A stretch of DNA of 64,000 bases, from positions 1,116,001-1,180,000 of the forward strand of contig CM039009.1 in NCBI GenBank assembly GCA_017499595.2. The letters run 5' to 3'. Every line of letters starts with the position of its first letter. Position 1 is the first letter of the stretch. Below are positions 13,767-25,958 of this stretch, piece by piece. Position numbers and translations under genes: made by a program. Below the pieces are notes generated by a model that was not told where the DNA came from, searched no databases, and worked only from the letters and a program-made list of their open reading frames with translations. This stretch comes from Psilocybe cubensis. Lineage: Eukaryota.

Positions 13767-14493
13767 ACTCGCCTAACGCTGTTAACCGCGGATACACGTC
13801 CTGGGACGAGTTCTTCACCCGCGAAATCCAAGCCGACGCTCGTCCTATCCTCGAGAGCCAATATAAGTCTCTTATTCACAATGCCTGCGAATCCACCGTA
13901 TATCACATCTCGCGCAAAGTCAAGGCACACGATCAATTTTGGTTTAAAGGCCAGTCGTACTCCCTGGGACATGCTTGACATAGGGTCCGACCGCGAACCC
14001 TTCGTTCAAGAATTCGTGGGTGGCACAGTATACCAAGCGTTCCTGGGCCCCCAGGACTATCACCGCTGGCGTAGCCCCGTCAATGGAACAATTGTTAGAA
14101 CAGTAATTGTTCCCGGCACATACTATGCTTCCAGACGCAGGTGCAGAGCCAGGCGACCCCGATCTTGCTGAAGGCGATCCACACGGTTCTCTGCTCCGCT
14201 CGCAGGCATGGCACGCCACACGCGCTATCATCTTCATTCAAGCCGACAACCCTGACATTGGTCTTATGTGCTTCATCGGAGTGGGAATGGTCGAGGTGTC
14301 TACCTGTATTATCAGCGTCGATGAACAACAGAAAGTCCAGACCGGCGACCAGCTTGGGATGTTCCGCTTCGGCGGCTCAACCCATGTCTTGCTATCTGGT
14401 CCTCAGGCCAACATCACTTTCGCCGACCATGTCATTCCTGACACTCACATTTTGGTTAACTCCATCCTCGCTCAAGTATCTCCTGCCAACTGA
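13767..14493 (+). pseudogene. 5'-truncated, frameshifted phosphatidylserine-decarboxylase-family (PsiD/PSD-like) pseudogene
   Basis: Three frames join to GYTSWDEFFTREI..ARPI...HNACES...QFWFKGQSYSL / WDML...FVGGTVYQAFLGPQDYHRWRSPVNG...PGTYYA / ...RAIIFIQADNPDIGLMCFIGVGMVEVSTC...GDQLGMFRFGGSTH (GGST self-cleavage motif). Two frameshifts (~13965, ~14128). The N-terminal half is missing because the neighbouring gene begins ~200 bp upstream. Confidence 0.85.
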
Positions 14494-15301
14494 ATTTTCG
14501 TTATTGTCCGATCCGAACGCGTTGGACGATAAACTACGAGCGTTGCAAAGCCTTTCCCTTAGTTTGTGTAGCCAATGCATAACGCCATTTATTTTGATCG
14601 TGAATGGAGGACTCTTGCATACAATTTTATCATCCAAGAATACCACAACAATATCGTAACCTGAGCACATGTAAATCTTCTGCTTTATGCATTTCCTCCA
14701 ACGTCAAGTATGATTAGCCGCCTACCATCATCTGCACGATTAGTGTCACCACCACAAACACATCTCCGCAGGATCTAATAGTTAACGTTCCCGGCGGCCC
14801 GTTGGAATAAAAGTTCCCAAAAATATTCAGTACCTATCGGCTCATAACTTCTCCAGGTTCGCTGCTTCTTGACTAGCTATTTGTATTCCACGATGGAGAG
14901 CGCAAGGTTTACTCCGGCCCCTCATGATGCTCCCCTGCTTCGACAAGAACCATAGGTCTCGTGGAACATCTACGCTGGCATAGGATCTCATACAAACTCT
15001 GGAGTTGACCATGAGCCGCTCGATGAACTTCTGTACTTTGAGATGATCATGGGATACAAGATCTTCAGGCAGAAATCATGATACTAGGTCATAGCTGGCG
15101 GTTCTGTGTCAAGGAACGCCAGACGTCTGGTTGGCGTTGAGCCTAAACCGACCTGAAGCTCTCATCAGAGCTAGTAGGTCACTTCGGCAGCCTAAAGGCA
15201 CAAGAACCATGTTCTGCCCTTTACCATCTGTTGCTCTCACACACACCGAGCATAAAATCCTCTGCTGAAGCTCAAGAAGCAGATTCCATAACGGAGATTC
15301 C

Positions 15302-16420
15302 ATGCGCCTAATAACCATCTCAATTACTCTTGCTCTGCCCTTGCTCGCGAGCGCCCAGCGTTTCGTCAGGTTCATCTCGACGGACAACAAAGAGTACTAC
15401 GGCGACGCCATTCTTCCTTCCGACACAACCGATGCATCCAAAAGCAAGTCTGCGCGGGTGATCACAGGCGACATTCTTGGAGAGTTCACTATCACAAATC
15501 AAGCCAAAGTGCGTTCATATCTAATTCGTCAAAAATCCAATATTTGTTCGTGGAGGACGTGAATTCATCCGTTGAGATCATATAGACCATCAAAACCCTA
15601 CTCTCGCCTCTCCCAAACGAACGTGTGCGGACCGTCCGTTGTGTAGGCTTTAACTACGTTGCGCACAGCGAAGAGGTACGGCACCCCTGCCCTCTAATCC
15701 CCAAACTCTCCTTTTATCTGTTTTACACTTAGGCAGGGGTCTCAATACCCCAATGGCCAATTTTATTTTACAAGCCCTGGACTGCACTCAACACGCCCTC
15801 CGACCCGATCCCAGTCACCGCAGGCTACCAGACCCAAGGCAACTTCACCTCCGAGATGGACTACGAAACCGAGCTCGTGGTCGTAATCAAGAAAAAGGCT
15901 TTCAACATCTCGGATGATGAGGCGCTCAACCATGTACTGGGGTATTCGGTCGGACACGATGTGTCGCATCGTGGTTGGCAGATCGGTGAGTAGCAGAATT
16001 TGGACCCGCACTCCCATTGATTCAATTGAAATTATATCTTACTGCATACTTGAAGACCGCGGCGGACAACCGCAACCGCAATACTCAATGGGTAAAGGAG
16101 CAGACGGGTGGGCACCCTGGGGACCCGCCATTGTGTCAACCAATATCATTAAGGACCCTCAGACGTTGAACCTGTGGACCAAAGTCAACGGCGTAACGCA
16201 ACAGAACGACACCACTGCAAACATGATCTTCGGCGTGAAACATCTCGTCTCGTTCTTTTCGATGGGTACAACATTGTTGCCCGGGGACGTTATTTTTACG
16301 GGGACGCCAAGTGGTGTGCAGCTGGGTAAGGCGAACCCGAATTGGCTTAAGAATGGGGATGTGGTTGAAGTGGGGTTGGAAAATGTGGGCACTTGCACCA
16401 ATGCCATCAAGTACACATGA
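15302..16420 (+). CDS. Fumarylacetoacetate-hydrolase (FAH) superfamily protein with predicted signal peptide
   Basis: Spliced protein has RFVRF, LLSP, RCVGFNY, ILFYKP, DYETELVVVI, YSVGHDVS.R.WQ, MGKGADGWAPWGP, TLLPGDVIFTGTPSGV; N-terminus MRLITISITLALPLLASA|Q. Confidence 0.85.
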
Positions 16421-16570
16421 AAATCTTGCATCAATATGTCATGTTACGTGGTTGTTACACCTAAATTTTTATCACTTTTCCTTTTTGTTACTGGTAAAGA
16501 AACAAACATGGAAATTTTTAAATTCAAAAAGGATACAAACCAGGAAAGCGCAGGAAAATGAACAAAAAAA

Positions 16571-17770
16571 TCACCGAACTTCAACCTTTCTCCCCAACCA
16601 ATCCTCCCTCAATCTCGCCTCCACAAATTCATGCGTCTCCCTTGCTTTCTGTACCGCAACTTCCACCAGTCTGAGGATGTCGTCCGTACCAAGGGGTACA
16701 CCACCCAACTTTTGGAGAACACAGATTTCTTTTTGTGCGTTGAGTGCGATGGAGACGAGTCCCGCGCTGAGCCTCTGTTCTAGCTGAGATGGATCGAGAA
16801 CGGGCGGTGTAGAAGAAGAAGAAGATTCAGGGAAGAAGGCAAACGTGAAGCAGAAGGGCGTGTGGTGGATCGCGAGTGGGACGGGGGCGCGTTCCGTAGG
16901 TCGGTGCTGTATGTCGATGTGTCATAGATAGAGAAGAAACGGAAATGATTGATTAGCTGGCTGTACTCTTTCTCTCGAAGAACGGGGGTGCGTACAACGG
17001 TAACTTCGTCACCTACGACTTCAACGTCTGGGCGTCGGAAGTGTTTTAGAGCGACAATACCTGCGAGGCAAGCGCAGTCGAGGAGGTTCCCGGAGTCTGC
17101 CAAGAAGTGCAGTGTCAGTCTGATGTGCCAGACCTAAGCAAAGCGCGTTTATGATTGAAAGTAAATGATTTGAATTGAATATGGACGTACCCGTTGGCCG
17201 GCGAGGATACAAAGAGATTCTTTATCTAGGGCATCACTTCGCCTGAGAACTTTGTCGAGCATTCGTGTAATTGTAACTTCTTCATCCGAAGGCCTACATG
17301 GTTTTTGAAATAGAGAGCAGGAAAAAGGGAGTAGGGAGGTACAAAGAGAGATTGGGAAAATGGGATTGGAATCAAACGCGTCTGAAGTGACTCCATAAGA
17401 TCACATACCTACCGGCCTGGTTCATATTCGCTCGATGCCATAGGTGAGATCTCCGAGTGTATCGTCAAGATCCCTTCGAATGGGCGTTCTGGAAGAGGTT
17501 TCACCATTTTTGCATCGATCTGCGCGAGCACCCTACACATCACAGATCCATAACAGATAGACACTTGGTAAGTCATATTTTCATAATACAAAAAAGAAAA
17601 CAGACATACCGTGTTTTACCAAGGGCACACTCGACCCAACCAAGCTCTGAGCCAAACGTCAGGTTCGGAGTGCGCATTTCGAGCGGGAGGCGGCCATCTA
17701 TTCTAAGAGACTCTTTCAGCGCGCTGAAGAGGAACTCTTTTTCAGGTATCGATGGTGATGGAGGCCTCAT
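16571..17770 (-). CDS. RRP45: Exosome complex component Rrp45 (RNase PH family)
   Basis: MRPPSPSIPEKEFLFSALKESLRIDGR...ECALGKTR|VLAQIDAKMVKPLPERPFEG...RSDALDKESLCILAGQR|VW..RL..HFLADSGNLLDCACLAGIVALKHFRRPDV...LNAQKEICVLQKLGGVPL; stop at 16571. Confidence 0.92.
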
Positions 17771-17963
17771 TGTATGTTATTGATGTTGTTGAGGAACAGA
17801 ATTGAGTTGGACTGGTTATCTTCACGGTGGGAGGGAAGAAATTGAAGTCACGATGCAGGCGAAATCAATTTTAGATTTGTATTTGATTTGAATCCACTTT
17901 GGTCAAATCCATCGTCGTCTGTATCGTCCTTTCACACACCCACACCCTCATCCTACCCGCGTT
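17771..17963. promoter_or_regulatory. Compact bidirectional promoter between RRP45 and TRM112
   Basis: Only 193 bp separates the two divergent ATGs. Confidence 0.6.
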
Positions 17964-18502
17964 ATGGTCCGCTTGATCACTCATAACCTTTTAGCCTGCC
18001 ATGCTAAGGACTGCAACACGAACAACTTTCCGTTGGAGTTCAAAGATGTGCAACTGGAGATCAGGGAGGCCGATTTTAACCCAGACTTTTTGAAGGGGTT
18101 CATGCCCAAGATTGAGTGGAAGGCTCTGGTTGATACGGCCAGGCAGGTGCGTGTTAAAATTTTCTACATAGATGGATGGGAAAGATGACGCGATTGTTGC
18201 AGTTGGGTGATACATCACTGCCTCTGGAGCAACCTGAAATGTTAGACGACGAATTTCTGAAAAACCTCCATCATGTCCTTCTTGAAGTACGTCTTTGTTT
18301 CTTTTCGGTCTCAGTTATATGATTTACTTCCATTTTAGATTCACGTCGAAGAAGGATCGATGACATGTCCCAATTGTAAGCACGTATACCCCATTTCCAA
18401 CGGAATCCCGAACATGGTGACTATCTCAGTCATTTGTCATTTTGCGTGCAGAAGTTGATGAATTCTTCTTTTCAGTTGTTGGCCGAACATGAAATAGGCT
18501 AA
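17964..18502 (+). CDS. TRM112: Trm112 methyltransferase activator (4 exons)
   Basis: [17 protein letters not shown]...FPL...EADFNPDFL...KIEWKAL|LGDTSLP...[41 protein letters not shown]. Confidence 0.95.
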
Positions 18503-19341
18503 ATGGAATTGCATCAGAAGGAAAAGAAAGCTTTTCAGGACATCCAAACTCAACATAAGTTGGTCAACAGTCATTTTGTGCATTGTTAAGACCCACACTC
18601 CGGAATACACTTGTATACTTACACTCTCAACACAAACGTAGAATACAAAATACAGTATGTCATTTTCGATCGTCAACATGTTATGATAGCTGATTACACT
18701 CGGATCCAGAGCCCACGCAAAACGGCCCATAATTTTCAAACAGGTTATAAGTACTAACTTCTATCAATATTGGTACCAGCAAATGACCTTTTGGAGTGAT
18801 TGATAAACGATGAAAGGACACCTGTTGGTTTAAGTTATACTTGCACTTCTCCTGATTCGCTCAGCAAATTAGCTCCTTCACTTTCCTTCACTTTCCTGAC
18901 ACTAACAATCGCCCTACTCATCCGGTATGGTCAGCTTGGTTAACTTAACACGGTTACACTGGTACGTTCACATTCTCAGGGGCTTTGATGGTAAATTGAT
19001 CAATGGAATAGATGTAGACATATCGCTATCTATGGTACAACTAAATATGCTAGATGATCAAGTCTTTTCTTATCTTAGGTGCAATTTTATTCTGATTCCA
19101 ACTTCTTGTCATATTCATAAGCATTCCTGAATCTAGGTTGCACCTAAATCTGGTTCTTAACCTAGCTTTCAAGCCATGCATGGAAACCTAGGTTCAGAAA
19201 GGTAGCAAATACACCATGCAACCATAAAATGTAGTATGTCATTTGCAAATACGAGTACAACATTCCGATAACGGTTGAAGCCTATGCTAGGTTCAGAAGT
19301 CCACAAAAATGTTCATGTTCGTCAACTACTCAGTAGTACTA

Positions 19342-21235
19342 TCAGACAGCAATGGTGTTCTTCAAGCCTTTGATGGACGGCGAGAAGAAGTATTCGCCTC
19401 CACGCGCCGTGATGAATGTAGGCATTGGGAGCACAGTCTGTTCTGCCAGAGGGTCGAGTCCGGACATCGCACGAGCTCCTTGGCCGATGAGTGGGTCCAA
19501 ACTATTCAGAAACATAAATCGTCAATCTTTTCATTCGTAGTAAATGATATAATGTATTGTCATGGACATACCCTGGATCTTCTGGTTGGGTCTCAAACGG
19601 CGGGAATTTCGGTGCGTTGGCCCAGGCTGCACATTTTCAAAATCAGATCAAATGGACATTCACTGCATTCGCTCAGCGGAACCTACATTGTTGGAGGAAC
19701 TGGAAGCCATTTGTCAAACTGCTTTGGTAGCATACGAAGAGTAACCCGCGTCCATGCAGCGTCTTGGACAGCTTCTGCTCATCCTGCGATACTTCTGGGC
19801 CAAATTGGATTCCTCGTCGCATGATGCGCCTGCCTTCGATGGGAATAGGTGGACGAGGTGCTGGCGGGACTTCTAGGTCGTTTCGTGGATTCGTCTTTCG
19901 GACGTGAGCAGCGAATGGACAGCGGAGCTGGGAGTTGATCTCTCCTTGGAAGAAGAAATTGTTGTTCCTGGGTTTGCGTCGACCATTAGTCGATGTCCTG
20001 TATCTAGGACATGGACGTTGCTTACCTGGTAGGATCAGCTCCAAGGGCAGGGTCATCTTTGAAAGGAGCAAGGTCAATTGGAGCACCTAAAGGTAGACCC
20101 AGCAATTCGTTTAGTCGTTTATTGCTCGTAATCTCGGTAGCTTGATCAACGTACCGCTCTTCCATCTGCCCACCATCCTCGCTCCCAGCAACTCGCTTCC
20201 TTGTTCTGGCGTTAACGCGTTCCCATTTCCGTCCTTTTTGACGGGATTCTTCTTCAAGAATTGGTTGAACTCGGGTACGCTCTGGAAGAGGTAGCGGAAG
20301 GCAAGGAAGCTACCGTCCGTCGCCCAGTCAGCGCGCGGGTTGGACGCGGGATCGCCTGGGTGTCCTGTGAGGATCACACCGGGCTGAACAACTTTGGGAC
20401 CTGGGTTGATGACCGTGTCGAAGCCGTCCACAACGGGGTTGGATATGCCGTCTTGGAAACCGAAACTGTTGAAAAATGAAATAGATTAATATCGACTTCA
20501 AGATCATCAATGCGACTGTTACTCACTGCTCATGGCCGTCTTCGTCGCCTGGTCGTACGTCGCCTCTGATAGTGGTGATTTCTTCAATGGACGCTGTGCT
20601 GGTACCTACTCTGAACAGCACGTCAATTTCATGCTTCTTCTTGTCGATGGATGTGTGGCTCTCTCCAGAAATTAGGATGAGCCCGTGGAGGTCACGCAAG
20701 AAGTCATCGTCCCAGTCAGGGTTGCCGTCGAGCTTGTTGGGGTCTCCGAGGTTGGTAACGGCATCTTTCTTCTGTCCAAGTGAGAAGGGGTCCGTTGGGC
20801 CGCCTTGGGCAAGAGTGCTGTCATCGACTCCGAGCTGTGCATTCGCCCAACATTAACAATATCTACCATCGTAGAGAGTCGAATCAAGCACTGACCTTGA
20901 CGAACCCTGTATGCGAAAATGAGATGTTTACGCCATCCATGGGCACAAGACCAGGCAACTTTTTCTTCTTGTGGTCGGCTATCGCATCGCGGTCTTTCAG
21001 GACCTGCGCGACTGTCTTGATGAGTGGGATGAACTTCTTCAAGTCAGCTTTGAACTTCGCGACATCAAGAATGGCGAAAAAGATGTAATATTGTGTCTTT
21101 TTAGGGAGGCCACTCCTGTAAATATAGGATACATTAAAAGTGAGCATTTGTCGCAAGGAAATGCAGAAATGGAGCTTACAAAACGTCACCCTGAATGTTG
21201 TTAAGATCTAGTGCAGGAGGTGGTGTGGTAGTCAT
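19342..21235 (-). CDS. DyP-type (dye-decolorizing) heme peroxidase, no signal peptide
   Basis: MTTTPPPALDLNNIQGDVL|SGLPKKTQ...GHEHFGFQDGISNP (GxxDG), DGSFLAFRYLFQSVPEF, GARMVGRWKSG, CPFAAHVRKTNPR (proximal His), IMRRGIQFGPE, RGLLFVCYQS, RGGEYFFSPSI; stop TGA at 19342. Confidence 0.93.
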
Positions 21236-23039
21236 TCTGCTTCTGTGTTGTATGTGCGTCTGTATAAACGATATTGTCCTAATAGCTAATTAGAGCGGTT
21301 TTTATAGCAAACTCGGGCGATCTCAATGACAAGATCTGCATAATCAACAGCGCCTATTCGAACAGGAGCATGGAGTATGTAGTCCGTATATCAAGGACAC
21401 TGACGGCTTATACCACATCCGTTCATTTCAACATATCTATTACATCCTGTGGGTCTGCGGATAAGCATTGGACACTGGTGGTTTTGCATCTATCCGACGC
21501 AGGCGGGTCATTCAGTCATGAATTACTGTTTATGTGTATCGCCGACGACGTTATGTTTATTTTTCTCCTTTCAAGCTGATTGGCGTCTGGGGCTCCCCAA
21601 CTTACCCGAGATTACTTTTTGAGGCACTGCTAAAGCGCCACACAAAACACGCGCCCATATGAGTGACGGACACCCATGGCCACTCTTCGTTCTCGAAGGT
21701 TAAAATTAGACAGTGTGATTATTATCAAGTGCTTGGATGAGATTATAGATCATTTCCCGACTAATGAATAAGACTGCGCAGGCTCTACCAATCCCTCCTC
21801 GGCCATTGATTCAGGACCTTGCATTCTTCTGCCATATCATCTTACATGTACCAAGTAGATGGTCGCCTTCTGAGGGCTTACACCTCCAGACCGCCCATAA
21901 TGACTGTCGTGACAGATTCCTACCTGACTTCTGGGTAATGATTTGCTCATCCAATGAATTTTGCATTCTCAAATTTGCGTCGATAATCATAGCCTTCTAT
22001 CCGCCATGACAGAAGATGACAGGCAAAGGTTTACCCGGATTCGTGTGCTTTCTCAGCGGCTTGTACTAAACCTAATGAGCAATCGTTCATTGTCAGGAAT
22101 TCCATCCTGATTTTTCCAGTCTTGTAATGGCTTCAGCCTTGATGTTATATATGTACAGCTAATAGTATACTGATACCACCGACTCGCACTAGACATTGCC
22201 TACAACGTAGTAGTGCTGATTACAGTCAGTTTAAGCATCACCGTAGTAAGAGCGGTCTATATACATCTTTACCGCTGTATACTGGAATCAGGAGCACTAA
22301 CTCTGAAGGAATTGTTTCCTACTATATACGCATTATGTACAATATAGGGATCTATATGGCTGTTCAAGTCAGCGCCGCATCAATACTTACAGACACCGAT
22401 CGACCAGCTGCGGTGGAAGAACGGACTGAACCGACTAACGAATTCGAGTAGAGGAGTAAATCATTTGGCATATAACTTTGTGTCTCAGAGAAGAGCGCAT
22501 TTTAAGATGCGCAGAATATAAGTGGCATAATTGCGTTACGCATATAACTGCCACTTGTTCATCTGGACGAGTTAACCCTGTCTAAGAATAGACATGCCAA
22601 GACCTTATTAGGCGCTTGCGCTTAATGTTCACCCATTGTCAATAGGTTTCGGCAGCAGGAACGTTCTTGGTGATGCAAGGTCATACTCTGCACTTTCTTC
22701 TTGCTTATTCCGATCCTGTGGTAATAAATTTTATATACATATGTGTACGTCTATCAATTCCTAAACTTCTCTAAATGTTTCCAGACTCAAAACATTCAAG
22801 CCCGAGACAATGCCTTTATTTGATGAAATTGTGTCTTCTTCGTAAGGACACCACGGAGTCCCATAATCCGTTAAGACATTCATGAGATATTATTGTCCTT
22901 GTAGTTGTTGATCTGCGGACTAATCTTTCGCAAAAATACTTCTAAATACTACAGTCTTGGCCCCAAAAACACGATAAAGATATGAGCGGACTCTGATTAG
23001 TCGTTTCATTTTGGTTCCCATCTCTTGTCCACTCAAAAA

Positions 23040-24005
23040 ATGAAGATATCTACGCCTCTAGGCATTTTCTTTCTTGCACAATTTGCCTACGGCCATTGTA
23101 AGGAATTCCCTGGCAGCATCAATGGCCATTTTTTGACATGATCTGACATTGTAACATGCAATCAGATATCTTCGATACAATTTTATGGGACTCCCAAAGT
23201 TCGACTGCAGCCATTCGGAAACCGGCCGAGAATGCACCAGTTAAAAACTACACAGCATCGGAGATCACCTGTAACATCAATACATCGAAAGCTACCCAAA
23301 CCATCGCCATTGCCGCGGGCAGTATGATAACCATGGCGCTAGGAGAGAATAAAACCATTTATCATCCCGGACCGATGTCTATTTACCTGGGCAAGGCACC
23401 TGGAAAAGTTGTTGACTGGGATGGAACAGGAAAGCGATGGTTCAAGGTGCGCGTGACAGGTATTATATTCGCTGTGTTCCGCCTGATTGTTGGTACATTA
23501 GATTGCTGAATGGGGCCCAACTTTGAATCCATTTGGATTTAATAATATACTCGGAAAAAGTAAATTCACTGTAAAGATTCCTAAAGAGGTCCCTTCTGGA
23601 GAGGTAGGTATTTTAAATTTTTCAGAGAACTTCGTCTCAATAATTTCCTCTCAAGTACCTGGTCCGGACTGAGCAGATCGCGCAGCACATTCCGGGTTAT
23701 CCTGAGTTCTTTGTGTCCTGTGCACAGCTCAAGATTACCGGAGGAGGTACAGGGAGTCCATCAAAAGTTTCGATTCCAGGCCATCTCTCTAGAAAAAATG
23801 GTCTGTTCCTGTCTCCTTTGCCCAGTAAACTTAATTCGTTGAACTGGATATATGAATTCAGACCCCGACCTGTTTGTTGATATCTATTGGCCAGTACCCA
23901 AGAAATACAAGGCAAGGAAGAATTTTTACAAATTGGCATTTGATGGACTAACCGCGCATTTGTTAGGTTCCGGGTCCGCCCGTGTACCCAGGATTTTCGA
24001 AGTGA
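23040..24005 (+). CDS. AA9 lytic polysaccharide monooxygenase (catalytic domain only), 6 exons
   Basis: Signal peptide MKISTPLGIFFLAQFAYG, then mature N-terminal H-YIF; ITCN; IYHPGPMSIYLGKAP (second brace His); WDGTGKRWFK|I; IPKEVPSGE|YLVRTEQIAQH...PEFFVSCAQLKITGGG; Y.VPGPPVY; stop 24003-24005. Confidence 0.92.
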
Positions 24006-24494
24006 TACCACCTCTAAGTTGTCAAGTGTAAGTATACGACCCAACTCTAGTAGTAGACACTAGGCTGTAGATGCCAATAGAAACGCTGACGCCCGGCCTT
24101 CCTTTATATGCACCACTGACCAGGCGAAGTTCAGAGCCTGTACGGGGATGGAAGCACGTGCTACTAGCTCTGATGAGGCTGCCTCGCGGCTAACGCATGT
24201 TTTCCATGATGCAAGATTTACCCTGAGAGACATGATAAGAGCACATTAGATTTAGCTGAAACGCTTAGATTGTGGGATAGCTTGAACACGAAAAAACGAG
24301 TGAACTTGAGGTTTGCATGAGGTAGACACTCACCTAGGTGGCTGACTGCTTTTTTTTGTACTTTAACGAGCTCGTGTAAGACAATCACACACTTCCGATT
24401 ACTTGCATCGCCCAACCACCTACCACCAACACGACAGATTTCGTGTGCGGGTTCCACATAGCGATATCTCCCCCTTCTTTATTACGTTTTAATC

Positions 24495-25958
24495 TTGCTG
24501 CTTGCCATGAATACGACGCAGCTGGAACTACCCGCAGGCAGGGTTGGCTTCGTTCAATTCGCACAGTCTGTCTTAGACTCTGACGTCGGACGGTCGCGTT
24601 CCCACTCAGCTGGACTGTTATATCTCCTTCCGACTTGTTTAATGTTGATTGTAGTCGACGCTATTGCGAAACATTCAAATCGCCAAGCGGAAATAGCCAG
24701 TAAACATCAATCCGCCAAGGATAAGGAAGAAATCCAAAGGCTGACAACCCGGTTCCACGAATCTTTGCTCAAAATCGAGGAGCTCGACAGGACTTTTCAG
24801 TCTGAGCAGGTCTACTCTCAGCATCTTTCCCGCTCCCTCCAGAAGCGGAAGAATTTTGCCCGTCATCGCGTACGCATGCAGGTGTACGCGGCTCAGCATG
24901 ACACAGAATCAGACTCGCCGCCCCGCTACACCGCCGAAACGAGACCACCCACTGAAGCTCCCGCGCGCGCAGTCAGTGCTCCCTTTACCGACTTCTGCGA
25001 AAAATTGCTGTACCAGAATAAGATATGGAAGCAGCAGCGGGAAATCAAGAATCTTCAGATCGCTCTTTGCGAGATCAAGGCATCCAACGCTGATAACGCC
25101 TTCAAGGCGTTTTGCGATAGGCTACTCCTGTCAAATAAAATCTGGAAGCAGCAGAAGGAGATTAATAGCCTGATGGCGGAGGCGGAATCGCTGAAGAAAT
25201 CGCGGGCAGCAGCCGTTGCCCATGCAGCACAACAAATGGCGGACGAAGTGACGAAGGAGAGGTTGACGGAGGAGTACGTGAAGGATCTTATCGCGGAAGT
25301 AGGAGAGTGCAAACAGGCTATTTGCACGCTTCGTGTTGAACACGAAGAAGAGATGAGGGAGCTGGCCAACCTCTATCGCAAGGATTATCTCAGAATGGCT
25401 AAAGAAATCGAACGGTTGAAGTTGAGCCTGGAATCCCGTATAGTGGAACAGGAGCTTTCAAATCGTGTGGAGGACGAACTCGTTGAACGCCTCGCTCACC
25501 TGGAAGAACACGACATTACACTCGTCGGAGAATCAGGTCTTGAATCCCCAAACTCCTATGCCGATTACTACACGGACGACACACTTTCCGAGTCCGAGCT
25601 GGAGAACATGTCGAACATGTCGACGTCTACCTGCGTTGGTTCAGGAGGCGAACGTTCACGAAAATCTTCGTTCGAGCAAGGACCAGAAGCTAAGCCTGCA
25701 CCCCAGACCCCAGTGAGGGTAAGGTTGTCATCTCTCAACCTGAAGTTGGTCTTGCGCGAACCTCCTTCGTCGTCGACAAGCACGCCGTTGTCGAAATCGC
25801 CTACCCCAAGGATGGATGAGAGCTCCTATGTTGGATTTTCATTCAACCCATTGTTTTTCGGAGGCGATGCGCAAAGTGATTCGCGAAAACACGTAGGCCC
25901 TATTTCAAAGGCGGATTTCGTTGCACAACAAACAAAGCGTGCTCAATGGAGGATGTGA
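24495..25958 (+). CDS. Uncharacterised coiled-coil protein with an internally repeated FC(E/D)xLLxxNKIWKQQxEI motif
   Basis: Long ORF with heptad-rich E/K/L/R composition and a Ser/Pro-rich tail. The true 5' end is uncertain (probable short upstream exons). Confidence 0.7.
   Translation: MLLAMNTTQLELPAGRVGFVQFAQSVLDSDVGRSRSHSAGLLYLLPTCLMLIVVDAIAKHSNRQAEIASKHQSAKDKEEIQRLTTRFHESLLKIEELDRTFQSEQVYSQHLSRSLQKRKNFARHRVRMQVYAAQHDTESDSPPRYTAETRPPTEAPARAVSAPFTDFCEKLLYQNKIWKQQREIKNLQIALCEIKASNADNAFKAFCDRLLLSNKIWKQQKEINSLMAEAESLKKSRAAAVAHAAQQMADEVTKERLTEEYVKDLIAEVGECKQAICTLRVEHEEEMRELANLYRKDYLRMAKEIERLKLSLESRIVEQELSNRVEDELVERLAHLEEHDITLVGESGLESPNSYADYYTDDTLSESELENMSNMSTSTCVGSGGERSRKSSFEQGPEAKPAPQTPVRVRLSSLNLKLVLREPPSSSTSTPLSKSPTPRMDESSYVGFSFNPLFFGGDAQSDSRKHVGPISKADFVAQQTKRAQWRM

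Noticed and set aside
11303..16420. Psilocybin biosynthetic cluster
   Set aside because: The decarboxylase is a broken fragment, and no methyltransferase, P450 or MFS transporter is visible in the window.
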